Assembly (NCBI GenBank): GCA_018646705.1
Contig: JABGUG010000009.1
Location: 1-54,756 of the forward strand
DNA length: 54,756 nucleotides
Source of the DNA: Candidatus Parcubacteria bacterium
GTDB taxonomy: Bacteria; Patescibacteriota; Patescibacteriia; Magasanikbacterales; UBA922
Direction: 5' to 3'
In this document: one piece after another, positions 26,043 to 35,009 of the stretch
Position numbering within the stretch: position 1 is the first letter of the stretch
Layout: the number at the start of each line of letters is the position of its first letter
Position numbers and translations under genes: made by a program
The notes under the pieces: generated by a model
What the model saw: the letters and a program-made list of their open reading frames with translations, nothing else
What the model was told of the DNA's origin: nothing
Databases searched by the model: none

Positions 26043-27080
26043 TTACAAATTATTTATTTTTATAATTTCTTTTAACTCGTCCATTATCTCATCAAGAAAA
26101 TCATTATCACCTTCTAAGAAATCAAGATCTCTGTGTTTATCGAGTTCAATCCATTTCATATCCAACACTTCTGATTTGTTAAAATTTCCATCTCCACCAA
26201 GAAGTTTACAAGCGTAAGGAACCAAATAAACTTGATAACTGAAACTTGGGAAGGTGTGATCTTTTATACATATATTTGCAATTTGTTTAACAACTTCTAC
26301 ATCTAGATCAGCTTCCTCCTTTGCTTCTTTTACTGCAGTAGTTTCTCCTGTTTCCCCAAAGTCAACTATTCCACCAGGGAATTCCCATTTTTCATGGAAT
26401 TCAGGTCTATGTGGATCATTGCGTTTTGTGATAAGTAGTTTTCCGTCTTTTATAATCATTGGCAATGCTACAACAATATGTTTTGCACAATAATTATTTT
26501 GTAAAAAATATTTTATTTTTGTGAGCGCTTTTCCACGATGGCTTGTTGCGTTTTTTTCTTCAGGTGTCAATTCACCGTATGTTTTTTTTAAATCTTCAAG
26601 ATAAAATAATTCATTATATCCCCAAGTATTTGGTCCTTGTTTTCCTTTTTCCAAAACTATTCCTTTGCGTTCTCCAACACATAAAAACTGACTCTTTGTT
26701 TGTGGATCATAGAGTGCAAGAGCAAGACGAAATGATGCATTACGTTTGTCTTCCTCTAGATCTTTTATTTTTTCAATTACACCTGCACGGCGTTCCTCGT
26801 CAGTATTCCCTACTCGTGCAGTCTTTACTCCAGGCCATCCATTTAGTGCGTCAATAAATAAACCACCATCATCAGCAACTGAAACATACCCCGTTTTTTC
26901 TGCATAATATTTTGCTTTGAGTATGGCGTTCCCTTCTATAGTCGGTTCATCTTCAACAGGCTCTTCTAAATTTTTTGCAACATCCTCAAGAGAAATAAAT
27001 TCAAATGGTAAATCATTTAGGAATGTTTTCATCTCACTAAACTTTCCTTTGTTAGACGTGGCTATAAGTATTTTTTGCAT
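26043..27080 (-). CDS. RdgB/HAM1 non-canonical NTP pyrophosphatase fused to a NUDIX hydrolase domain
   Basis: The N-terminal half KILIATSNKGKFSEM...TSHRGKAL is Ham1-like. The C-terminal half has the Nudix box GGIVDFGETGETTAVKEAKEEADL. Start moved to ATG 27080 because the upstream 14 codons (MGEILHYVQDDNDF) translate a Rep-B arm. Confidence 0.8.
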   Translation of the reverse strand: MQKILIATSNKGKFSEMKTFLNDLPFEFISLEDVAKNLEEPVEDEPTIEGNAILKAKYYAEKTGYVSVADDGGLFIDALNGWPGVKTARVGNTDEERRAGVIEKIKDLEEDKRNASFRLALALYDPQTKSQFLCVGERKGIVLEKGKQGPNTWGYNELFYLEDLKKTYGELTPEEKNATSHRGKALTKIKYFLQNNYCAKHIVVALPMIIKDGKLLITKRNDPHRPEFHEKWEFPGGIVDFGETGETTAVKEAKEEADLDVEVVKQIANICIKDHTFPSFSYQVYLVPYACKLLGGDGNFNKSEVLDMKWIELDKHRDLDFLEGDNDFLDEIMDELKEIIKINNL

Positions 27081-27087
27081 AAAGTCG

Positions 27088-27207
27088 TTGTCATCCTGAA
27101 CGTAGTGAAGGATCTCTCCCACTACGAATTTTTTTGATCTGTAATTGTTGAATTAAAAATATTTAGTTTAAGAAAGATTCTTCGTCGTCCCTCCTCAGAA
27201 TGACGAA
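27088..27207. repeat. Rep-B locus
   Basis: Left arm TTGTCATCCTGAACGTAGTGAAGGATCTCTCCC. The right arm TTAAGAAAGATTCTTCGTCGTCCCTCCTCAGAATGACGAA has an AT-rich spacer between it and the left arm. Confidence 0.85.
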
Positions 27208-27217
27208 ATGTTCCATA

Positions 27218-27637
27218 TTATACAATTCGTTCAATATATTTTCTGATTTTTCCAGATTTATATTTATTTTCCAGGTAAGGTTTGAGCCGTACTATTTTGG
27301 CTTCTATATTTTTGGTAGTTAAAAAGTCGGAAAGCTTGTCAACGTATTCTTTTTGATCATATCCAAGTGCAATAACATCTGGTTTATGTTCTTCTATAAT
27401 ACTATAAGGATTTTCTTTATTTCCAAGACAAACTGTATTTATAATATCGATGTGCTTTAGAAATTCTAGGCGTTCTTCTTCAGAATGCAACAACCCCACT
27501 CCTTTTACGCGTTCAACATTACAGTCTCTAGCTATTATAGCCACAAGATGATCTCCATGTTCAAGAGCTTCTTTAAACATATGGATATGACCCATATGAA
27601 TAATATCAAATGTACCAAAGATCATTACTTTTTTCAT
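27218..27637 (-). CDS. cytidylyltransferase-like nucleotidyltransferase
   Basis: FGTFDIIHMGHIHMF (the (T/H)xGH motif). 139 aa. Confidence 0.75.
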   Translation of the reverse strand: MKKVMIFGTFDIIHMGHIHMFKEALEHGDHLVAIIARDCNVERVKGVGLLHSEEERLEFLKHIDIINTVCLGNKENPYSIIEEHKPDVIALGYDQKEYVDKLSDFLTTKNIEAKIVRLKPYLENKYKSGKIRKYIERIV

Positions 27638-27645
27638 ACCAAATA

Positions 27646-29766
27646 TTAAGCAAGTCCTATATCGCTTGCAATTTCTTTCATTGAGTTAATTGCAATATCT
27701 AAAAATTCATCAAGTGTTAATCCCAATTTTTCACATTCTTTTATTACATCTCTATCAACATTTGCAGCAAATTTTTTATCTTTCATTTTCTTTTTGACTG
27801 ACTTTGTTTCCAAATCCATAATTTTGTTTGGACGCATGAGTGATGTGGAATAAATAAGTCCAGTCACTGTTTCACTACAAGCCAAAGCATGTTCGAGTTC
27901 TTCTGAGCGTTTCATGTCTTTCATTCCTGCACAGTCAAAACCATATCCGTGAGATAGAACAATGTTAATGAAGTCATTATCAAATCCCTTTTCTTTCAAA
28001 ATAGTTGGTGCTTTTGTGAGATGAGTAGTAGAATCATTTTCAGTAATTTCCCAATCAATATCGTGGAGAAGTCCAAGCATGCCCCAGTATTCTTCATCTT
28101 TCTTCAAATGTTTTGCAAGTCCACGCATCACTGCCTCAGACTCGAGATAGTGATTGAGGTTTGCTTCTTTTTTTGTATATTCTTTTACAAACTCAAAAGC
28201 TTCCTTTCTTGAGATTGGAAGTTTATAATTTATTTCTTTAGAAGTTGTGCTTTTGGGTTTTGGCGTTGAGGTACCCTGGTGATGTTCTGGTTTATCCGAC
28301 GAAGCTTTAGCGAAGTCGGGTTTCATGAGTGGAAACAATACACATTCACGAATTGGCTTGTCCATCATAAATGCAAAAAGTCTTTCACCAAAACCAAAAC
28401 CACATGTTGGAGGCATACCATGTTCTAGCATTTCTACAAATTCAAAGTCAGGCATCATTGCTTCATCATCCCCTCTTTCAATAAGTTTTTGTTGTAATTC
28501 AAAACGCTCACGTTGATCAACTGGATCATTGAGCTCTGAATAACCATTTCCTACTTCACTTCCTGCAATAATAACTTGAAAACGCTCAGTAGTTTCCAAA
28601 TCTTCAGGACGTGCTTTTGCAAGTGGCGAAATAAGTTTTGGATGATTGATAAGAAACGCAGGGCCTGCAATATTGCGTCTACAATATTTCCAAAGTGTAT
28701 CAATAAGACGTTCTCTATTGTCACCTTCGTATTTTACTTTTAACTTTTCAAGTTTCTTTTTCATTTGATCTTCAGTAGCTTTGGTAATATCAATCTCTGT
28801 TTGTTTCTTGATCTCTTTTACATAATCAATATGAGGCCATTCACCTGCAAGATCATATTCATATTCTTTTGTTTTGAATTTTGTTTTACCAAATACTGCC
28901 TTAGCAATTTTTTGATACAGTTCTTGAGTTAACGCCATTCCATCATTGTAATTCGCATATGCCCAATAAAATTCCATATTGGTAAACTCTTGCAAATGAT
29001 CAGGACTAGATCCTTCGTTACGAAACACTTTGCCAATTTCAAATGTTTTTTCAAATCCTGCTGCCATAAGACGTTTTTGCCAAAGCTCCCCAACTGAAAT
29101 ACGTAAGTAAACATCAAGATCAAAATCATTGTGATGTGTAGCAAATGGTGTTGCTTCTGCTCCACCTGTTGTTGTTTCTAGATAGGGTGTTTCTACTTCG
29201 AAAAATCCTTTTTCTTTCATGAAACTTCTCGTAACATCCCAAAATTTTGCTTTTTTATAAAACATTTCACGAATATCTGGATTTAAAAGTAAATCTAGAT
29301 AACGTTTTCTGAGTCTAAGTTCTTCATCTTGAATACCATGAAATTTATCAGGCAAAGGAAGAATTGCTTTTGAAAGAAGTGTCCATTTTTTTACAAGGAC
29401 AGACTCTTCACCTTTGTGTGTTTGAAATCTTTCACCATCCACTAGTATCAAATCTCCAATATCAATTTTTTTGATAAAGAGTTTATAATTTTCATTTCCT
29501 AGATCATCTTGTTTGAAAGCTATTTGCATCTTATCTGACTCATCTTGAAGATGACAAAATGTGAGTTTGCCCATCTCTCTTTTGGTCATGATGCGTCCTG
29601 CTATTTGTACACTCTGTCCTTCTTTCATCTCCAAAGCTTGCGAGACAGTGTGATTATTTTCAGTGTGAGCTGGATATGGATTAATTCCAGATTCTTGCAA
29701 ATCAGTCAGTTTTTTTAGACGAATTTCGCGTTCGTCATTTATGTTTAATTCAGGTTGTTTAGTCAT
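27646..29766 (-). CDS. lysS: lysine--tRNA ligase (class II) fused to a C-terminal HD-domain protein
   Basis: OB-fold N-domain and class II core (FRNEGSSPDHLQEF.., ending ..VLFPLMKP). A low-complexity linker follows, then a ~190-aa HD-type domain (LGLLHDIDWE, LSHGYG). Confidence 0.88.
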   Translation of the reverse strand: MTKQPELNINDEREIRLKKLTDLQESGINPYPAHTENNHTVSQALEMKEGQSVQIAGRIMTKREMGKLTFCHLQDESDKMQIAFKQDDLGNENYKLFIKKIDIGDLILVDGERFQTHKGEESVLVKKWTLLSKAILPLPDKFHGIQDEELRLRKRYLDLLLNPDIREMFYKKAKFWDVTRSFMKEKGFFEVETPYLETTTGGAEATPFATHHNDFDLDVYLRISVGELWQKRLMAAGFEKTFEIGKVFRNEGSSPDHLQEFTNMEFYWAYANYNDGMALTQELYQKIAKAVFGKTKFKTKEYEYDLAGEWPHIDYVKEIKKQTEIDITKATEDQMKKKLEKLKVKYEGDNRERLIDTLWKYCRRNIAGPAFLINHPKLISPLAKARPEDLETTERFQVIIAGSEVGNGYSELNDPVDQRERFELQQKLIERGDDEAMMPDFEFVEMLEHGMPPTCGFGFGERLFAFMMDKPIRECVLFPLMKPDFAKASSDKPEHHQGTSTPKPKSTTSKEINYKLPISRKEAFEFVKEYTKKEANLNHYLESEAVMRGLAKHLKKDEEYWGMLGLLHDIDWEITENDSTTHLTKAPTILKEKGFDNDFINIVLSHGYGFDCAGMKDMKRSEELEHALACSETVTGLIYSTSLMRPNKIMDLETKSVKKKMKDKKFAANVDRDVIKECEKLGLTLDEFLDIAINSMKEIASDIGLA

Positions 29767-29821
29767 ACAAAAAACAAAGAAATTATGCTTAAATATAGGA
29801 TAATTGTATCAAAATTGTGAG

Positions 29822-29853
29822 GAAAATACAAATACCCCCATGTAGGGGGTATT
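29822..29853 (-). terminator. greA terminator
   Basis: AATACCCCC-TACAT-GGGGGTATT followed by TGTATTTT on the minus strand. Confidence 0.7.
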
Positions 29854-29869
29854 GTTTATAAAAATTGGC

Positions 29870-30334
29870 TTATTTTACTTCCAAAATTTTGTAATCTTGC
29901 ACTCCTGCTGGCAGACTTATCTGTACTTTATCTCCCTTATTTTTGCCTAAAAAAGCACTTCCTAGGGGTGATTCATTAGATATCTTACCTGCCAAAGGAT
30001 CTGCTTCTTGGGCACCTACGATTGTATATTCTTTTTCTATTTTGTTTGATTTTACACGAATTGTAGAGCCAATTTGGACAGTTTTACTACCAGTATTTGT
30101 GATCACTTCTGCACGATCAACAAGGCGTTGAACTTCCTTAACCCTACTTTGGGCCCAAGCCATCTCATCTCGAGCTGAGTGATATTCTGCATTTTCAGAT
30201 AAATCACCTAATTGTCGGGCCTCATCAATTCTTTTTGCGATTGCTGGTATTTTTTCAGATTTCAAATAACCATATTCTTTCTCAAGTTCATCAAGTTTGT
30301 CCTGAGACATATATTGTGCCTGTTCATCAATCAT
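29870..30334 (-). CDS. greA: transcription elongation factor GreA
   Basis: 154 aa with GDLSENAEYHSARDE in the coiled-coil tip region and a C-terminal FKBP-like domain. Confidence 0.9.
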   Translation of the reverse strand: MIDEQAQYMSQDKLDELEKEYGYLKSEKIPAIAKRIDEARQLGDLSENAEYHSARDEMAWAQSRVKEVQRLVDRAEVITNTGSKTVQIGSTIRVKSNKIEKEYTIVGAQEADPLAGKISNESPLGSAFLGKNKGDKVQISLPAGVQDYKILEVK

Positions 30335-30427
30335 ATTTGGCTTAACTTAGTAAAAAAAAGTGGTCGCTTGTTTGCGACTAAAATTAGTATAACATGCTTA
30401 GTAAAAAGATCAATGAGGTTATCCACA

Positions 30428-32443
30428 TTAATTTTGTGTCTTGTATTTTGCCCACCATTCAAGAAATTCAGCAGCAATAGGCTCTGAAACCCAACCACCC
30501 TCTCCACCCTCCTCCACAAGGATGGTTAGAGAGATTTCTGGATTATCATATGGAGCAAATGCAGTAAACCATGCATGTGTATCCTTGTTACTACTCCATT
30601 GGGCTGTACCTGTTTTTCCACCGGACTTGAAAGGTAGACGACGCAAATCCCAACAAGACCCATGGTCTACACAATCATACATTCCGAGTTTAATTGTTTC
30701 TAAATGATTTTGATTTATAAAATCACTATTGAGTACTTCTGGTTCTATAAAAGTTTCTTCCCCTGTATCAGGATCTACCATTTTTTGAACTACATGTGGC
30801 TTATAAAGTATGCCTCCATTTGATATAGCTGCTGTTACAGCTGTCATTTGTAATGGTGTGATTAGTAAATCACCCTGTCCAATAGAAAGATTATATGTGT
30901 CTCCTACGTACCATCTCTCTCCTTTTTTATCTTGCTTCCATTCAGGAGAAGGTAAAAATCCTTTTGCTTCAGATGGAAGATCTATACCAAGTTTTTCACT
31001 GAGTCCATATTTTTTCAAATAATCCGTAATTCGCTTTACACCTAGACCAACAAAATCTCCATAACCACCACCAATATAATAATAAAAGGTATTTACTGAC
31101 CATGCTATTGATTCTCGTACATCTGTGGTTCCATGACCGCCTGCTTTCCAATCTGGGAAAAACCACTGTCCCACAGCAATACCACCAACACTATTAAATG
31201 TTTTTTTTGCCGTAATAACACCTTCCTGAAGGGCTGCTGAGGCAATAGCTGGTTTTATAACTGAACCAGATGGATATGTACCGGCAATAGATCTGTTGAA
31301 AAGTGGATGATTTTCATTTTGGATATAAGAAGTATATGTTTCTCCATCAATACCGCCGGAAAAATCATTATTATCAAAGCTAGGTAGGCTCACCAAAGCG
31401 AGTATTTCTCCATTTTGTGGATTTATAGCTACTCCTGTAGCACGCTTTCTATCGATTTTTTGTATTCCTTTTTTTATAAAAAACTCAAGTTGTTTTTGTA
31501 TTTCATTATCAATAGATAAAACAACATGTGCTCCTGATTTTGGATCTTCTTCTGCAAGTATTTGTTGTTCTTTACCTCGAGCATTTACTTCAATACGTTT
31601 TTTTCCATATATTCCGCGTAGGAATTGTTCATATGTTTTTTCTACACCAATTTTTCCTATAGAATCAGATGGTAAATATCCTACTTCATAATATGTTTCT
31701 AAATCCTCAGGAGAAAGTTTTCCCACATAACCTAAAATATGTGAAATACTTGCATAGCTAGATTCTTGTTTTTTTCCAAATAATTCTGTACTCGAGACAG
31801 TTTTTAATCCATTATGTATGTAGAGTCTCTTGCTTCCTCGCTGTATGTGAATTCCTGGTAATTCAGTTGATGCTATTTGAATTTTTAAAGCAGTTTCATA
31901 TGGAATATCTTCATTTACAACGATAGATTCACGTTGATAGTGTCTGTATTTTTGTATAATGTCTGAGATGTCTTCTACACTCTTGTTCGTAATATCTGCA
32001 AGAGTTACAATAACTTGATTTAATTCTTTATTGTTACGAGGTAAATCCTGAGGTATTACTGTAAGTGAAAAGTTTGGTATATTTTGTGTGAGTTGAACAT
32101 TATTCCTATCAAAGACAAGGCCACGTTCTGATGGAATAGGAATTATACGCTGTCTATTTCCTTCTGCACGAGCACGGTATTCATCACCTTGTAAAATTTG
32201 CAAATACAAAAGTCGAGATACTATAAAAACAAAACTTAATGTTATAAAGATAAGAAAATAAAAAAGTTTTTTTGTAGTAAAACTACTTCCTATATGAGAA
32301 CTACCGGAGTCTACCACCTCTTCTCTCTGGTGAGCACTGCCCATAGTCAAAGAGTCCTCTACCCACGAGAGTTTATATCTTCCACCAAGTTTATTATTGT
32401 GATCCTTTGGTCTTACAACAAATGGATCTAAATCTTCATACAT
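30428..32443 (-). CDS. mrdA: penicillin-binding protein 2 (class B transpeptidase)
   Basis: Has a TM and the motifs SVIK (SxxK), SVN (SxN) and KTGT. It follows mreBCD directly. Confidence 0.85.
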   Translation of the reverse strand: MYEDLDPFVVRPKDHNNKLGGRYKLSWVEDSLTMGSAHQREEVVDSGSSHIGSSFTTKKLFYFLIFITLSFVFIVSRLLYLQILQGDEYRARAEGNRQRIIPIPSERGLVFDRNNVQLTQNIPNFSLTVIPQDLPRNNKELNQVIVTLADITNKSVEDISDIIQKYRHYQRESIVVNEDIPYETALKIQIASTELPGIHIQRGSKRLYIHNGLKTVSSTELFGKKQESSYASISHILGYVGKLSPEDLETYYEVGYLPSDSIGKIGVEKTYEQFLRGIYGKKRIEVNARGKEQQILAEEDPKSGAHVVLSIDNEIQKQLEFFIKKGIQKIDRKRATGVAINPQNGEILALVSLPSFDNNDFSGGIDGETYTSYIQNENHPLFNRSIAGTYPSGSVIKPAIASAALQEGVITAKKTFNSVGGIAVGQWFFPDWKAGGHGTTDVRESIAWSVNTFYYYIGGGYGDFVGLGVKRITDYLKKYGLSEKLGIDLPSEAKGFLPSPEWKQDKKGERWYVGDTYNLSIGQGDLLITPLQMTAVTAAISNGGILYKPHVVQKMVDPDTGEETFIEPEVLNSDFINQNHLETIKLGMYDCVDHGSCWDLRRLPFKSGGKTGTAQWSSNKDTHAWFTAFAPYDNPEISLTILVEEGGEGGWVSEPIAAEFLEWWAKYKTQN

Positions 32444-32496
32444 AGCTATTAATATTTTTGTTTTCTAATAACCTTACTTTATATCTATAGTATTAA

Positions 32497-32582
32497 ACCC
32501 CTCCTTTCCTCCCCTATTAGGGGAGGAACTATCTAAACTGTTTTTCAATACGCTCCCCCTCGTAGGGGGAGCTGGAGGGGGT
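32497..32582. repeat. composite of two G/C-run hairpins enclosed by an outer helix (Rep-C type)
   Basis: The outer CCCCTCC...GGAGGGG encloses CCTCCCC-TATTA-GGGGAGG and GCTCCCCC-TCGTA-GGGGGAGC. It lies in the mreD-mrdA spacer. Confidence 0.7.
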
Positions 32583-32624
32583 GTATGTTTATTAAATTAA
32601 TTTTGATTTTATAATTTTATTTCC

Positions 32625-33128
32625 TTAAACAAAAGATGAGGTAAACTTTTTTGAGAATGTCGTTATTAAAAAATAACATATTATAGTACTAATTATAGTA
32701 AATAGTAATTCCCATGCAAATTTTGTGAGTAAATCAGACATTAGTAGATCTGCCCCAAATGATATTAATATAATATATAGAATACGAAATATCACGAGTC
32801 CTGTGATCGTCATGGCAAATACAGATAGTAGAGATTGGTTTGTAAAAAATTCTTTGTGTAACCAATAAAGAAATAATATAGAAAGTGTTCCTGACACTAG
32901 GTAAACACCAAATGATGAAATACTATATATATCCATGAAAAAATGAAGCATAAAAGATAGCCATACTATTTTTCCAGATCCATTAAATACAATAAGCAAT
33001 ATAAGTACTATAAAAACTATATTTATATTATGTAGTGGTGAAGGGAGTATATTAAAAAGGCCTATGTGGGCCATAGTAAGAATCATTGCAAATATAAAAA
33101 TAAGTATGCTATCAAGTATTCTCTTCAT
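32625..33128 (-). CDS. mreD: rod shape-determining protein MreD
   Basis: 167 aa polytopic membrane protein directly after mreC, overlapping its end. Confidence 0.7.
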   Translation of the reverse strand: MKRILDSILIFIFAMILTMAHIGLFNILPSPLHNINIVFIVLILLIVFNGSGKIVWLSFMLHFFMDIYSISSFGVYLVSGTLSILFLYWLHKEFFTNQSLLSVFAMTITGLVIFRILYIILISFGADLLMSDLLTKFAWELLFTIISTIICYFLITTFSKKFTSSFV

Positions 33129-33942
33129 ATGGTTCTACGTCATTACTTATGTGTGTAATAACACTAATAACACTCAAATGAGATAGGTCTGCTGTGGGAT
33201 TTAAGACAGCTTGCTGAAATGGCTCATGAGGTTGTTTTTCTATTATTTCTACCGCACCTATTACAAGACCACGTGGAATACCTTCTGTGAGGCCAGATGT
33301 TACGATGGTATCTCCGGGTGCTACAATTTCGTTTTGTGGAATGAAATTCATATGTACGCTGAGTCCGTAACCTCCCTCAACCAGTCCAATACTTTTATCT
33401 CCATTGAGTACCATTGCGCCAACCCTACTGGTGTTATCATTGATGAGTCTCACTATGGCACTATGTTTTTCAATTGATATAATTTTACCAATAAGTATTC
33501 CTTTGCCTATAATAACTGGATTGTTTTGAAATATTCCATCTGCTTCGCCTTTGTCTATTATAATGGTTGTACCAAGCGGGTCTACTGTTCTCCCAATGAC
33601 TTCCGCACCTATATGGTTATATTTTCCAGAAGAAAAAAATTGAAGTTGATTTCTTAATTTCTCATTTTCATTTTTTAGTAATTCGAGCTGTGTTTTATCA
33701 ACAAGATTATTTTCTAATTCTTTATTAAGTTCTTTCAAATTATTTACAAGAATTCCTTTATCAAGTTTACCTACCTTTCGTGAATCCAAAAAAGTATCAA
33801 AAGAACTAAAAGGCTTTGATCCGAGATGTAAAAGTGAGGAAAAACTATTTTCTAAAGGTTTTAGCCATCCAATAGAGTGTAAAAAAATGGTAAATATAAT
33901 AATTACCAAAATTGCAACAAATGTTTTTTTCTTTGAGGTCAT
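33112..33942 (-). CDS. mreC: rod shape-determining protein MreC
   Basis: N-terminal TM, a coiled coil (LELLKNENEKLRNQL) and beta-rich domains with G.VIG.V-type repeats. Follows mreB. Confidence 0.8.
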   Translation of the reverse strand: MTSKKKTFVAILVIIIFTIFLHSIGWLKPLENSFSSLLHLGSKPFSSFDTFLDSRKVGKLDKGILVNNLKELNKELENNLVDKTQLELLKNENEKLRNQLQFFSSGKYNHIGAEVIGRTVDPLGTTIIIDKGEADGIFQNNPVIIGKGILIGKIISIEKHSAIVRLINDNTSRVGAMVLNGDKSIGLVEGGYGLSVHMNFIPQNEIVAPGDTIVTSGLTEGIPRGLVIGAVEIIEKQPHEPFQQAVLNPTADLSHLSVISVITHISNDVEPYEENT

Positions 33943-33960
33943 GTAGAAAAATACTAAATG

Positions 33961-35007
33961 TTATTTTTCATTACGTGCCGAAGGAAGGACTACTTCTTTC
34001 AAAAGTTCATCTTCTTCTAGTAATATTCCTGCACCACGTACTACAGCAGTAAGAGGGTCATCAATCACACGAACAGGAATCTCAGCAGCTTGTGATATAA
34101 CTGTGTCAAGCCCTTTTAGAAGAGCTCCACCTCCTACGAGAAGTAAACCACGTTCATGAATATCAGCAGTTAGCTCTGGAGGAGTAATTTCAAGTGTCAT
34201 TTTTACATAATCTACAATTGTTTTTACACTTCGATCAATAGCTTCGCGAATATGTTCATCAGAAATAGTAACTTCTTTTGGAAGTCCGGTTACCACGTCA
34301 CGACCCTTCATAGGAAATTCTATAGGTTCATTACCTGCTATTGCCGAACCAACTTTTTTCTTTATTTCTTCTGCATGTGTCTCACCAACAAGAAGACTAA
34401 ATACTTCACGTGCATATTGTATGATATTTCTATTCATTTCATCACCCGCAATAGGTGTTGATTTCCATGTCACCACACCACTAAGTGAGATAACTGCAAT
34501 TTCTGTATTTCCTCCACCAATATCTACCACCATGTTTCCAACAGCTTCACGAATAGGAAGTCTAGCACCAATTGCTGCTGCCATAGGTTCTTGTACAACA
34601 AATACTTCTCGTGCTCCAGCTGAAAGTGTTGCATCCTCTACTGCTTTTATTTCTACTTCAGTTACGTCAAGTGGAACCACAATAACTACACGCGGACGTG
34701 AAGCAAGAGAAAATCCTTCTTGATGCACCTTATCAATAAAATATTTAAGCATTTTTTCTGTAACTTCATAATCAGAAATAACACCCTCAGTAAGTGGGCG
34801 TGTAACCTGAATATGCGGTGGAGTTTTACCAAGCATCTGCTTTGCTTCGCCTCCTACAGCCAAAATTTGCTCTGTTTTGGTGTTTATAGCCACTACAGAC
34901 GGTTCATCTATCACAATCCCCTTTTCCGGCGTATATACAAGCGTATTTGCTGTCCCTAGATCAATCGCAACGTCTTTACCAAGTTTTTTGAATAGATTTT
35001 TAAACAT
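33961..35007 (-). CDS. mreB: rod shape-determining protein MreB (actin-like ATPase)
   Basis: IDLGTANTLVY, VVDIGGGNTEIAV and LVGGGALLKGLD. Confidence 0.93.
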   Translation of the reverse strand: MFKNLFKKLGKDVAIDLGTANTLVYTPEKGIVIDEPSVVAINTKTEQILAVGGEAKQMLGKTPPHIQVTRPLTEGVISDYEVTEKMLKYFIDKVHQEGFSLASRPRVVIVVPLDVTEVEIKAVEDATLSAGAREVFVVQEPMAAAIGARLPIREAVGNMVVDIGGGNTEIAVISLSGVVTWKSTPIAGDEMNRNIIQYAREVFSLLVGETHAEEIKKKVGSAIAGNEPIEFPMKGRDVVTGLPKEVTISDEHIREAIDRSVKTIVDYVKMTLEITPPELTADIHERGLLLVGGGALLKGLDTVISQAAEIPVRVIDDPLTAVVRGAGILLEEDELLKEVVLPSARNEK

Positions 35008-35009
35008 AA

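Noticed and set aside
27081-27122. Extension MGEILHYVQDDNDF at the start of the RdgB-Nudix ORF
   Set aside because: It is encoded by the Rep-B left arm (GTCATCCTGAACGTAGTGAAGGATCTC read in reverse). Ham1-like sequence starts at MQKILIATSNKG.
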